This document shows, one piece after another, positions 52,945 to 64,000 of a stretch of 64,000 nucleotides of DNA; positions within the stretch are counted from its first letter, which is position 1, and the number at the start of each line of letters is the position of its first letter. Source of the DNA: Marsupella aquatica (Eukaryota > Plantae > Marchantiophyta); NCBI GenBank assembly GCA_973895155.1, contig OZ316894.1, positions 23,062,709 to 23,126,708 of the forward strand, written 5' to 3'. The position numbers and the translations under genes were made by a program. Below the pieces are notes generated by a model. It was not told the origin of the DNA. It saw nothing but the letters and a program-made list of their open reading frames with translations, and searched no databases.

Positions 52945-53725
52945 AGAGTGAAACCTCTAGACAGTAACTCTATGGCCACCATGTGAATGGGAAAACCTAT
53001 GGCTATGAGGTATTTCAAATGATAATTATCATGCATGCTTTTTGTTGTTTACAATCAAAAAATGAACTCTATGGCCCACCATAACACATGTGCATAGAAA
53101 GAGGGATGTGCATATAAAAGATAATGGTATGTTATGTATGGTTATTAAAATGATGACATATATGATAGTTTTTTTATCATTTCATTAACACTCAAAGAAT
53201 ATGAATAGGGAATGTACTTTGGTGAAACTTTTATTGTACTCTCTGCTATTCACTTTCAAAGAACGGTAATTGAGGCTAGTTTTACTATAAAAACACCAAG
53301 TGAAGTCTACTTTTAAGAGCCTTGGTCTAGAGTGAAGTCTCTAGACCTTAACTCATGGCCATCATGTGCATGTAAAGACTCATGTGCATGGGAAAAAGTT
53401 ATGACTATGGTATATGTAAACTCATACATGCAAGTTTATTGTGATAATTGGCTCCACCACAAACATATGTGCATACAAAGAAAGATGTGCATACAAAGAA
53501 GAATGGTATATTATATATGACTATTAAAATGATGGGGTTTTTTTTATTATTTCATTAACCTTCAAAGAATATGAATAGAGAATATATTTTGGTAACACTT
53601 TTATTCTACTCTCCACTATTCATGTTCAAAGAACGAGTAATAGGGGCTAGTCTTAGTATAAAGCGTCAACTGAAGTCTATTCTTAAGACCCTAGGTATAC
53701 AGTGAAGCCTCCAAACCGTAACTCC
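52945..53725. repeat. Diverged ~375-bp tandem duplication
   Basis: AGTGAA.C.TC.A.AC..TAACTC occurs at ~52948, ~53331 and ~53701. TCAAAGAATATGAATAG and TTCAAAGAACG are each present twice. Confidence 0.75.
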
Positions 53726-55145
53726 CAATAGAGACAAAACTGATAATAAGATTCAATAAGGTCAAAATTTTAAATGAGGATTGACATTGACTCTAAATAA
53801 AGACAAAATGAAATGAGGATGAAAAAACAAAAACAAGGATGAGTCAAAGAGTAACCAATATAGTATATAAATTGTATTGTGCAAGATTTTCCTTCATATC
53901 TATTTAAGTTCAAGGAACAGGTCATCCGGGCTAGTATGAAGAAATAAATATGCATAGAACTAGGTGAAGTAATTTGAAACCTCACTTGACACAATGAAGA
54001 CTACTACCCTGAGATACACTTGCTAGGACTACTAATGTTGCAAACTCAACTCTTATGGGGATCTGTGCTTCCAACATACCTCCCACCATCTCAATGTCCA
54101 GGCTCTCTCGACCAGTTACATCCCGCCCCCCCCCCCTCCCTTGCCACCTTAGTGAGAAAGAAAAACCTTAAAATTACCATAAAGAGCATACCCCCCATGC
54201 CCTCACTGTCCAGCATGAAACCGCAGAAGCGCCCTTGACCCACTCACTACGTTGCCACCCTCATGTCCACACCCTCTTTGTCCAGCATGAAACCGTTTGA
54301 GCGCACTTGGCATGCTACATTACTACCATCCCCCAGCCCCGCCCCCTTCCCTTTTGGGCACCTTAGCTAAACAGAATAACCTTACAAATTACCCTGCTTC
54401 CCATAAAGAGCATCCACAATACCCCCACGCCCTGATTGTCCAGCATGAAACCGTAGACCGTAGACCCTAAACCCTTGACCCGTTACGTTACCACCCTCCT
54501 GCCAACGCCCTCATTGTCCAGCATGGAACCTTTCAAGCGCCCTTGACCCACTACTTTACCACCCTCCTGTCCCTCCGTCAACGGCCCCACCGCCCAGCAT
54601 GATCAGCCAAAGTCACAATTTTGGAGCTTACAGGAATCCAGTCTGACGAAGGACATGACTTTCGTGTAGGTAGGTGAGAAATTGCATGTGCGCCAGTTTC
54701 GAAGCTTCAATTTGATTCGAAATCCGGAAGAATGACGTTTCTTACGCAGCACGAAGCTCCCGATTCGATTCCTTGTGCGAAATTCGGATGAGGTCGCTCG
54801 ATCACATGGTCCAATTGACCGGGGACAGTCAATCGACAATTCGGTTGGTGGAGTGATCCCGTCGTCCGTGGAATTCGTCGGAGCACAGAGTTTCAGCCTT
54901 TCGTCTGTGGGATTCGTTCGTAGAACTCGACGGTGTGAGGTGCGATGATTTGGCCCTGTCCTCTTGTTTCATTTTTCCCGTGATGGAGTGAGAGAGTTTC
55001 CCGACTTGAATTTGCTGTTTCTGCGCTCAGCATTGAATTGCAGTCCTGTATTATTGGAACAGGGCAACATCGCTCTGCAGATCATCGGGTCAGGGGATTG
55101 ACTGTAGGTTGGCAGAACACATCATCACCCACTACTGTGGAAGCA

Positions 55146-55748
55146 ATGGTTGAGGGGAGAAAGCATGTGGAAGAAGGCGGTATTGTCTGTAGGGAGTGGA
55201 CCAGAAAGCAGATAGACGATGAGCTGCGGGACCATGGGTATAAAGTGGATAATAATGGACTTGGATACGACTTGCAAAGACTGATGGCGTTCGACATGGA
55301 AATCAGCTCCAAAATTGCGAGGGGAAAATTCGTCGTCACCGAGAAGATTGCCGAGCCAAACGGAAAACTTATTACAGGCTTGGCAAGCTTCTTAGCTGAG
55401 AGCATTGGGAGCGCTGCCGGATCTGTTGCAAGCCAGAGTAAGCGTATAGCAGGAGTGGAGCTGAACTTGAACAATCTGCACCCCGCATATGTTGGACAGG
55501 AAGTTACGGTGATCGCCAAACTGCTGAAGCAAAGCAACACTGTTCAGACGTGGGAGATTAAATTGGAGACCGAACATTTGAAGGAGCAATCGTCATCAAC
55601 TGAATCACAGGGTGATGAGCACCCCCGGGAGACGATATTGATTGCTATAGGTCGTTTGACTCTCATGGAGCAAACTCTTCAAGCAGGGCCGATGTCGACA
55701 TTGCAGAAGAAGTTATTGGAGACGAAGACTCCTCCGTCCAAACTTTAG
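55146..55748 (+). CDS. Hot-dog-fold (PaaI/DHNA-CoA thioesterase-like) protein with PTS1 peroxisomal signal, 200 aa
   Basis: Single-exon ORF: GKFVVTEKIAEPNGKLITGLASFLAESIGS...IAGVELNLNNLHPAYVGQEVTVIAKLLKQSNTVQTWEI...IAIGRLTL. It follows the plant DHNAT layout and ends in -SKL. Confidence 0.82.
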   Translation: MVEGRKHVEEGGIVCREWTRKQIDDELRDHGYKVDNNGLGYDLQRLMAFDMEISSKIARGKFVVTEKIAEPNGKLITGLASFLAESIGSAAGSVASQSKRIAGVELNLNNLHPAYVGQEVTVIAKLLKQSNTVQTWEIKLETEHLKEQSSSTESQGDEHPRETILIAIGRLTLMEQTLQAGPMSTLQKKLLETKTPPSKL

Positions 55749-57929
55749 GCAGGGTCCTGGTACTATTCGGGAGATCATGATTGAGATTGTGATTACTTGA
55801 AGACCTCATGATGATCGAAGGTTCATTTTATCAGTAAGTTGTTACCTTCTTCGGACATGATATCTGGGGATGGATGCTCACCTCCGCTGACACAAAATTA
55901 TGTGGTCTTGAGCTTTTTCCAATCGCTAATTATTGCTGTTCGGCATTTCAAGCACATATGCGAATTGACATCGGAGGATTTCCTAAAGGTTTGAATTGAG
56001 GTTCATCATTACGCTTCGGTGCTTATCAGACAAGAACGTGGACTTCGGTCTCATTTGGCCTTCGGTATGATTTGTAACAGGGTAGAGCTTCGTCTGGGTC
56101 CTGATTCTGGGGTTTGGATTAGAAGGCTTTAAAGTCTTAAGAAAAATTTGATGTTAGGTATATTTTGTAGCGCGACGTAAAATTATTGAGGTAGCTGCCA
56201 CCTTTTTGCCCTTGACGAATGGCCGGGAAAGTATGGTTATGGATATGGGCGGACGGACGGACTGCCTGGAAGGACAGAAGACAAGATTGATGAGCTCCTT
56301 CCGTGAAAGATTACAATTCATTGGTTACATAAGAGGGAACTTCATCAAGTGACATGTAAACTACAAGCAGATTACCCAACAGAAAACTAGCACGAATTTT
56401 ACTCGTCAATTGTTTTGTTGATGCGAAAACCTGATTTTTTGAAGAGGGAGAGGAAAGTGGATGGGCTCCCTGTTTCCAATCATTGTCGGAGAATTCTGGA
56501 CCAAGTGAATTAAATCACCTGCTGCGGACACTATGTGCAACTCCATGGAGGAAGGTACAGAGCGAGCACGACACACGTCGAATGGTGATATTACTGTGGA
56601 TTCAGCTATTGTCAGAGGTTTTGAAGAAAGTGCTACATGGTGTGGTCATTCAATTCACAAGGTCTCAAATCGAACAGAAGCGAGAGATGGCGTTGACGGT
56701 ATCGCTGACTGTACAACATCATGTACGACGGTGATGTCTGCTGAGACAGAAAGTAGGTTATATCGACCTTCAGATGCCAACGCTTGCTTAGGGAACAGAG
56801 GACCTCGCAGAATCGCTTTGAGAAGTTTATAGGGTAGTGCCAAAGCGAAAATGTGCAGAATGTACAGAAGCAAATTGTCAAAGTACTTATCGACATGTTG
56901 AAAGGTTTTTTTCAAACGAAACCTAATGCGACAGATGTTTTTCATTATTTCTTAAGTGAAGATAATACAATTTTCGATTCTTTGTTCGTTCCGTGCTTTA
57001 CTCGGTCTTTTGTTTTACGATGAAAAGGTACTTTTGCTTTGATGGGCACATACATTTCTTCAGTAATAATCTTTATATATCTTTCACCTCTGTCTGACAT
57101 ATAGTTCATGTTTCACGGTTTCAACCGCTCGTCAGGTTAGTAGCAGAATTCAATGAATTTCACCAAAGAGTATTTGTATAAGTTTGCGAACTAGTTCGAT
57201 TTTTCACCGCTCGTCAGGCCAACTTTTGCGCTGAAGCAGAAATAGTGCACTTACCCCACAAAATTGTTGTGGCGTATTGTGATGAGGTTAAATGGTCGTG
57301 ATCACGATGGTCTTCTCCTCAAACAGGTCAAACGTTGAAATGGTGAGTACGTTGTCATTTAGATTTAAAGGTTTGCATGACAGTCCTACTGTGTGCACTT
57401 TGTGTTATCACTAGTATTTCTTTCGTTTTGCCAACGACGCGGTGTTTCATTAAGATTAAAATTCCGATTTGACGATTGGGAAATCGTCCCAGAATTTCAG
57501 TTTCCAGTGTCAAGAAAACATTTGTGGACAAGAAACAGATTTGTTTTACATCCAAAATAGCAAAAGTTGCGATCAAAATAAACTTTCGTGACTGTCACAC
57601 ACAATATTTCTCGACAATTGATTTGCAGACATTTCAGATGAAAACACGGATTGTATTGCAGAATGTATTGCGGAATTCGACTTTCGTGACACTGTCAACA
57701 TTCAATATTCCTCCACACCTGATGTGAAAACAGTATAGATGGAAACACAAAATTGTATTTACGAGATTCAGCTTTACACAAAGGGACACACTTTTAACGA
57801 GTTTAAAGAAGTCGTTAAGTTCAACCTATCTAAGGATAGTGCACTTAACGATATAGCTCTAAGATACAACTATTTTGTTCAAGGTAATATTCTTCTTTAG
57901 TAGCATCTGAAACGTCATCTATTAAACAA

Positions 57930-60458
57930 TCATGCAGTTTGCGGCTGGGCGATTTTGCCAGATAGTCCAAATTTCTTTCCCCATCCTTCGACGATCATTT
58001 CATCCGAAATATCAGTTTTCTTGAAGCTGGGTCTAGACTCCAGGAGCTGTTCACAATAATAACTTGTTACTGCTATGAAAACGACCACTAATTCAAAGCT
58101 TAGAGTATCCTTACTGAGGATGAAGATCCAGTTACTTTAGTCGATTTTACTTTGCATACGTTGTGAGCTGGCACAGAAATTTGCAACTTAACAAAGTCTA
58201 GGAAGTGAAAGTGCTAGCTTGAATAGTCCTTTAGCTGAAAGTGTGCAGTTTTGGATTTTTCTCGAGTAGATGACAAAAGCAACTGCACTCTGAACAGATG
58301 ATTACTCACCTCAATGTACTTTTTCGTAGCCGAAAGTTCAGAAGGAATTTCCCACTCGTAGTAATACTTAAGAGCTACCCGCATATGCCTCAACTTGGGA
58401 ATGAGGGCGAAATCAGAATCTGTTGGCTTCTCACCCGCTATGTAAGGACCCTGGTACAATATCGTGTAAAAATAAGTCAATATCAATAGTATCAATAGTG
58501 GAAGTTTTCGCTCTTAACAACAATGCGCACATTACAGCTTCACGCATAATGTGAAGGGAGGTTTTAAAACAGTGTGCAACTGATATTTTGTCGAATCTAA
58601 CAACGACTTACAAGAGGTTCGAGCAGTCCCTGAGGCAGATTATTCAGATCGATAGAGATCACACTAGATATAAGTAATCGAATATGCTTACATGCGCTTG
58701 CAAATGTTCATCGAGAGCTTTCAATTCCTTAACCAAGTGCTGTTTTGTCTCATCACCAGGGTTTTTCGCCTTCAGCCAGCTAGTAAAGGCCATGAAAATT
58801 CCGGAGCCTCTGTTCAGTTATGCACAGACCACGGAACTCAGTGAATTCAAATCTTCCAAGCATCAGCAGGAAACAATAGACAGAATAGTAATGACCTTGA
58901 GCAATCTTAACATGGAACACCAAAGCATTTTCAAAGGATTTTCAATGACCATCAACTACTTATCAATCACCAGAACCTGTTCCACACTCGAATGCACCAC
59001 CACCATTCGAACGCCGACGAAAACTTATTTTGGGGAGAATCTATACTCACACGTTTTTATACTCGGCAGTAGTTTTCAGAGAAGGCTTTGGGAATTTTTC
59101 CTCCAGATATTGGGCGATTTTGTCCGAATCTTGGATCCAAGTCTCTCCGTCACGAAGTGCTGGCATGAGGCCGGAAGGGTTCTTGGCCATAAACCTGCCT
59201 CATCATGGAAATGTTCGATGAGCGCAAGAAGGAACGGTAAATGACAGCGAGAAAGTGCAATATACACTTTGAAATATATTGACATACAACGTCATGCTAG
59301 CTTTCACTTCCGCATGTTGCAAGACCAGTCAATTACATTACAATACCAAAAACGAACTACAACGTCTGCTGGGGGAACACTGTAAGTAAACGGCAAAGGA
59401 CAGCAAAGAACAGCAAAGGAAAGCAAAGTATGTCTAATCACATCGAGACAGAATACGAGCAGACAGCAGGACGGATTGTACGAGTTGGCAAGGCTCATAT
59501 TCTACTCAAGTAAAAATTCTATGGCACTTATGTCACCGATTAGACACGGTGGTCCACCGTGTCACGAGGTGTGTCGGCTAGAACATATTGCATCATCGAC
59601 ATCGATTACTGTACGTCGTGCATCACCATAACGACAGATTGTATACTATCTTTCGAATTTGCTCGCTTTAACTATCTTGTTAATGTTCACACTACTGGCC
59701 AAGGCAAATTTTCTGTAAGAGTGCGCTATTCAGCAACTGGGAAGAGGACTTCATGCGAGACAGTTGGGTCTCAACTTCGGTTGGTAGTCGCAACTCATAA
59801 AATGAGGCAAACTTGGCCACAGAGAGGATCGAACATTGCACCCCCCAAAAGGTAACGTAACAGAGTACGCAATCAGCTCTTGGGTCAAATATTTAGGAGT
59901 GTGGAGAACTGAGACTTAGTGGTCCTAGCAACTCTGTATAAGGCGATGGATAGGGAGAGGATCGAAAGAATCCTAGAAACATTGCACTACAAATAATTCA
60001 AATGTTCAGCGGCTGGCAGAAGAGCTAACTCACCAGTCTGGCTTCTCGTTGCCTTCTTGGATGTACGTGGCCTTGTAAGGCACATTCTTCTCCTCCAGAT
60101 CAAGGTAGATTCTCTGCGAAAACGGGCAGTCACCCCGCACCTGGCTCGGACTTCCTGTGCCGGATGCAGCCTTGCCGAACACCTCAATGTCTAGTGGAGC
60201 TTCGCCGCCCATGTTGCGGGCCCCGACTCTCAAATACGGCTGCACACTTGTCATTGAAGCGGGCTTCACTTGGCCTCTGATCGTGGCCCTGTTCGCGTAA
60301 TTCGAAGCGGAACGCAAAGATTGAACGTTGAGAACTGGGCCTGATGATGATCTAGGGGCTGAAGGAGAGACGTAATTGAGTTTCGAAAGAGGTGGAACAC
60401 TACACTGAACGATCGGTGGGCGGTGAACTCGAACCAAAGAGCGGGCTGCGGTATGCAT
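57930..60458 (-). CDS. DHAR: Glutathione-dependent dehydroascorbate reductase (GST DHAR class) with N-terminal transit peptide, 5 exons
   Basis: Exons are 60458-60034, 59194-59051, 58809-58692, 58450-58310 and 58046-57930, all GT-AG and in frame. Motifs: GDCPFSQR, KPDWFMAKNPSGLMP, WIQDSDKI, GPYIAGEKPTDSDFALIPKLRH, RPSFKKT...EGW. Confidence 0.95.
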
Positions 60459-63400
60459 ATGTGCGATCTTTCAAACACCGCTGTAACTGTCTTCTCTCTA
60501 TCACTACAGAACAGACTGTACAGATTCTTGAAGGACAATATGGGCTCCTCCAGTTGTGGGTATCGCTGGATCTATCCAGCAGCGGGGATTTATGCTGCCC
60601 CATCAAAAGCTTCTCATGCATGAACCATCCCCAAATTCCCCACCTGTAGTTCTGCTAAAGTGCCTGCCCTTGACATGTGGTTGCCAAATTAAAAAGCGTA
60701 ACAAGTGTTCGCCATCTACGCTGTCCAGGTAAGAATTGAAGAGACCGTTGATCGAACTAGAAATCATTTACTCCACTGGGCATCATCATTCTCCAGTTAG
60801 AGAACAAGTGAAGTTGGCCGTTGAGACAGTGGCTGTAAATTTCATGTAAGCACCGCTTGGAGCCTTGTTACAGCACCGTTTCAATTTTATTTTTTATAGG
60901 TCTGGGTTGTTAGGTGCGGGTATGGTCAAAATTATATATTCGTGAACATTGAGGCATACAGCGAGAAAGGTTTTAAGTGCAAATTCCTCTCCGATGTATT
61001 GACAATTTGTGGCACTGGACTAATGGAAACTGAAACTCTTCTGTTGTACGCAGTACTGAGGTACAATTTATCGCAGCGAAGCAGTTTTCCAGTACAATTT
61101 ATCACAGAGAAGGAGTTTTCGAGTTCCCCCGGTGCATAAAAATCATTTTCTGGCGGACTTTTATTAGAAGTGAGGGTCAGCTCTATGAGACCTCAGACAC
61201 AGTCCAGAAAGAAGCTTGATTCTGGTGACTGTTACAGAAGAAAAGGTTGCTTCGTGCCACAATCAGAGCACTTGCTTCAACAGTGTGACACGCAGGCACT
61301 CTGCATGCTTCTGCATGAGCTAGGCTCATTGCAGAGATCGAACAGCGAGACAGAACTCCAGACTTCAGCCAAGTGGAAAATCACCATTAACAACTGATTT
61401 GTGAGAGCGCCAATTGGAGTAGCAGTCGAGTCATATGAGACTTGCAATTTGGAACGTGTCCTCGTTGGGGCTGCTGCTGATTGTCTCCATCTCCAAGTAA
61501 CTAAACTCACTGGCTGCACCAGGGCTTGACTGTACCACTCTAGTACCCTGTTCCCCAATTTCGACATGTGTGAGAAATGGCCCAATATTGGATCAACCAG
61601 GAAACTGTTATCAAGTTATCAAATGTTGACACTGCTATATATGGCGAATCCACTTGCCAGTCCACTTGCCAGTGTTTTGTCTCACTAAGAAAATGTGTCA
61701 TGTATTTTCACTTTAATGTGCCTTAACAAGGTGCACCACTTGTATACTTTAGACTTTAGATTACTTTGGCACTCCTCTAAGTGTTGTTTTATCTTCCTAT
61801 GGTAGAGCCCTCATTCCCCACTACATTTAGTTTTCAATTTAGTGCATTCACCCCCTATAACAGATTTTATGGAATTTCTGCTAATTCTAGTGAATGAGAG
61901 AGGGAATTGGTACTTTGAGTCGTGGACTCCTCCTGCTTTAAATCCTCCTCAAACTTTTATTTGCTAAGCTTATGGTTTTTTTTGTCATTACCTAAGGCAA
62001 TGGAGGATCTTTTGTACCTTATTTACACAATTTCTGTCTGATTGATTTGAGTGTCATTAAAGCAGGTGAAAATCTGTACCTTATGTTCACTATTTTTCAA
62101 GACTTGCACTTGTACTTTTCTTGGTGATTATGTAACATATACTTTTATTTGGCCTGTGATGTATTTTTCCCACTCAATCCTATCAAATAGTATGCAATAC
62201 TAATTTACACATCATTACAAGACAAAAATGAAGCATGTGCCAGGATGAACATGCTACATGGATCAACCAGGAAACCGTTATCAATTGACATGATTTTGTG
62301 GGTGGAATTGCCAGATGGGATAATAAGATGCAGAGAGCAATGAATGAATGTGGACAATGATGCTCCTTTCCATGCCCTTGACTCATCAGAGCCTCCCCAC
62401 CCATCCCAGAGAATGCCATGCCAGGTGTGTCTTTAGCGCGACACACTCGCTGCATTTTAAACCCGGGCTCCAGGCCTTCCAGAAAGTTGCCTCTCGCATG
62501 CCAGAACTTATGAATCGGCGACTCGATGTATGCATCCCCTGCCCGAACGTGCCAGTCTGAATCAGTGGCACTGATCATCCCATCTCAAGCCATTCAGACA
62601 GCCATCTTACTTGTTGTTTTCAATGGAAAGTTACTTGTAAGGCGTATGGTCTAGAGTGCAGCCTCTAGACCGGGCACAAATTAACAAGGACAGACAACTT
62701 GCCCCCACACCACTTGTCTTGTCAAAAAGTCACCAATAGCGCTCCTAGTGGGGATGCTCTAAGAGGAGTGGGTGGGTGATGGTATGTGTCCTGTACTTCT
62801 TTGGGAGAGAATGATGTGGAGCAAACATAATCGAGCAGTATTTTGAAGCGCAACCAAATGGCAGGTCTTGTTTGGTGGAAGTTAGGGTACAGCTGCCATT
62901 TGGCAAGGGTCACACTTGGCATGCAAGCACATAATTATGTCAAGGGGATAATACTTGTTTTCTCATTTTCTCGTATGTAACGCTCAAAGCAATGCTACTG
63001 ACCAGTCCATGGACCTTGCAACCTGGAGTGTCAGGTCAGGATAGTACTCGGCAGGGTAGAGAGATGAACCCCCAGAATCTCTTTGGTTGGTTTTGATTCA
63101 GTTAAGAGTAGAGGTCCCTAATCCCTTCCCATACTTTTTTTCTTTATAATTTTGTGGACTGTTATCAACTTGGTTTTGGTCATTAGGGGTACAGTAGAGG
63201 TCCCTAAACCCCTCGTGCATTTTTTTTTCTTTATAATTTTGTTCAAAGCTTGGTTTGGTAATTAGGGCCTACGGTCCTTACATATGTAGTTGTAGGCCAC
63301 AATATTTGGGATTGCTGGCAACTGTGCAGTTTATCCGATAGTCAAAGGTAAGATATAGTTGTGCACTGAATGTAGTCCCCTGGCGAGGATTCTCTTTGGC

Positions 63401-63586
63401 CCATTCAAAGTCAAACAATCATTCGGAAAGCTTATTTGTTTATTAACCAAAGCGCCTCAGTTATTGCCAGTCAACAATCAATCAAGACCAATCGCGAGCC
63501 CAGTGTTCAAATCAACAAGATTCAATGGGGAAAGTAGTGCTGCTCTTTCAAACTACTCTTGTGAAATGGAGATACTGTTTATCTTA

Positions 63587-63622
63587 TACATACATACATA
63601 CATACATACATACATACATACA
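63587..63622. repeat. (TACA)n microsatellite, possibly the 3' tail of a minus-strand non-LTR element running off the window end
   Basis: Nine TACA units directly abut a minus-strand open stretch (63584-63961). The LINE assignment is tentative. Confidence 0.8.
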
Positions 63623-64000
63623 ATTGTGCAACGTGACTCTGGTCAAATTTCTTTGGGTAAAAGACGAGTTTAGATCCAGAAGCCAGCCAATGTTATTGAA
63701 AATTGAGTAAATAGAAGTCTGATAAGAAGCCTCAGATAACACAGGGTTCACATCAGGGACCTGATAAACAACACATTCATCTGAGTTCCACTCAAGTCTT
63801 AACCTCGAATAGGGCAGACCATCGTTATACCTGCTGTACAAGCATAGCGTTGTAGTAAACTTTAGCAGAGTGACCCCAATATCGAGCTTGGAAACGCCCT
63901 GACCGCTACTGGGAAACAGCTTAGACGTAATCGAGCACAAGGAGTGGTCCAGCCTCCACAATGCAAAAACAACTGCTCGATGGACTACAATCCAAGCCCT

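Noticed and set aside
54120-54600. Repeated TCCAGCATGAAACC motifs as regulatory sites of the thioesterase gene
   Set aside because: The repeats are real, but function cannot be supported; they are more likely degenerate TE subterminal repeats.
62183-62922. Possible transposase remnant
   Set aside because: No diagnostic motif or termini were found.

Overview
Eukaryotic, intron-containing land-plant DNA. A bryophyte/liverwort-like source is my inference from gene style and GC content. Positions ~1-50 kb are a tandem array of segmental duplications. Each unit carries a minus-strand two-exon ankyrin-repeat/PGG-type transmembrane gene (ACD6-like class) next to a heavily decayed plus-strand LRR-like remnant. 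Copies at 34284-37373 and 46601-49680 splice into intact ORFs. The copy at 4045-11469 is dead: it has a 4-bp deletion and is split by a ~4 kb intron-containing DUF3504/Crypton-like tyrosine-recombinase element. That element's junctions look like att sites (7-bp arm, 6-bp spacer, 7-bp arm), which is the most unusual signal in the window. Other insertions are a chimeric proteasome alpha-5 retrocopy (13-bp TSD, poly-A, two nested elements), a tRNA-derived SINE with a 17-bp TSD, and a ~12 kb TE-like island. The island holds a SAM-domain gene, an RNase H1 N-terminal-domain ORF and 147-bp and 40-bp tandem arrays. The right end holds ordinary genes: a peroxisomal hot-dog thioesterase-like gene and a 5-exon dehydroascorbate reductase. 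All calls come from reading the sequence by eye; no database searches were run.
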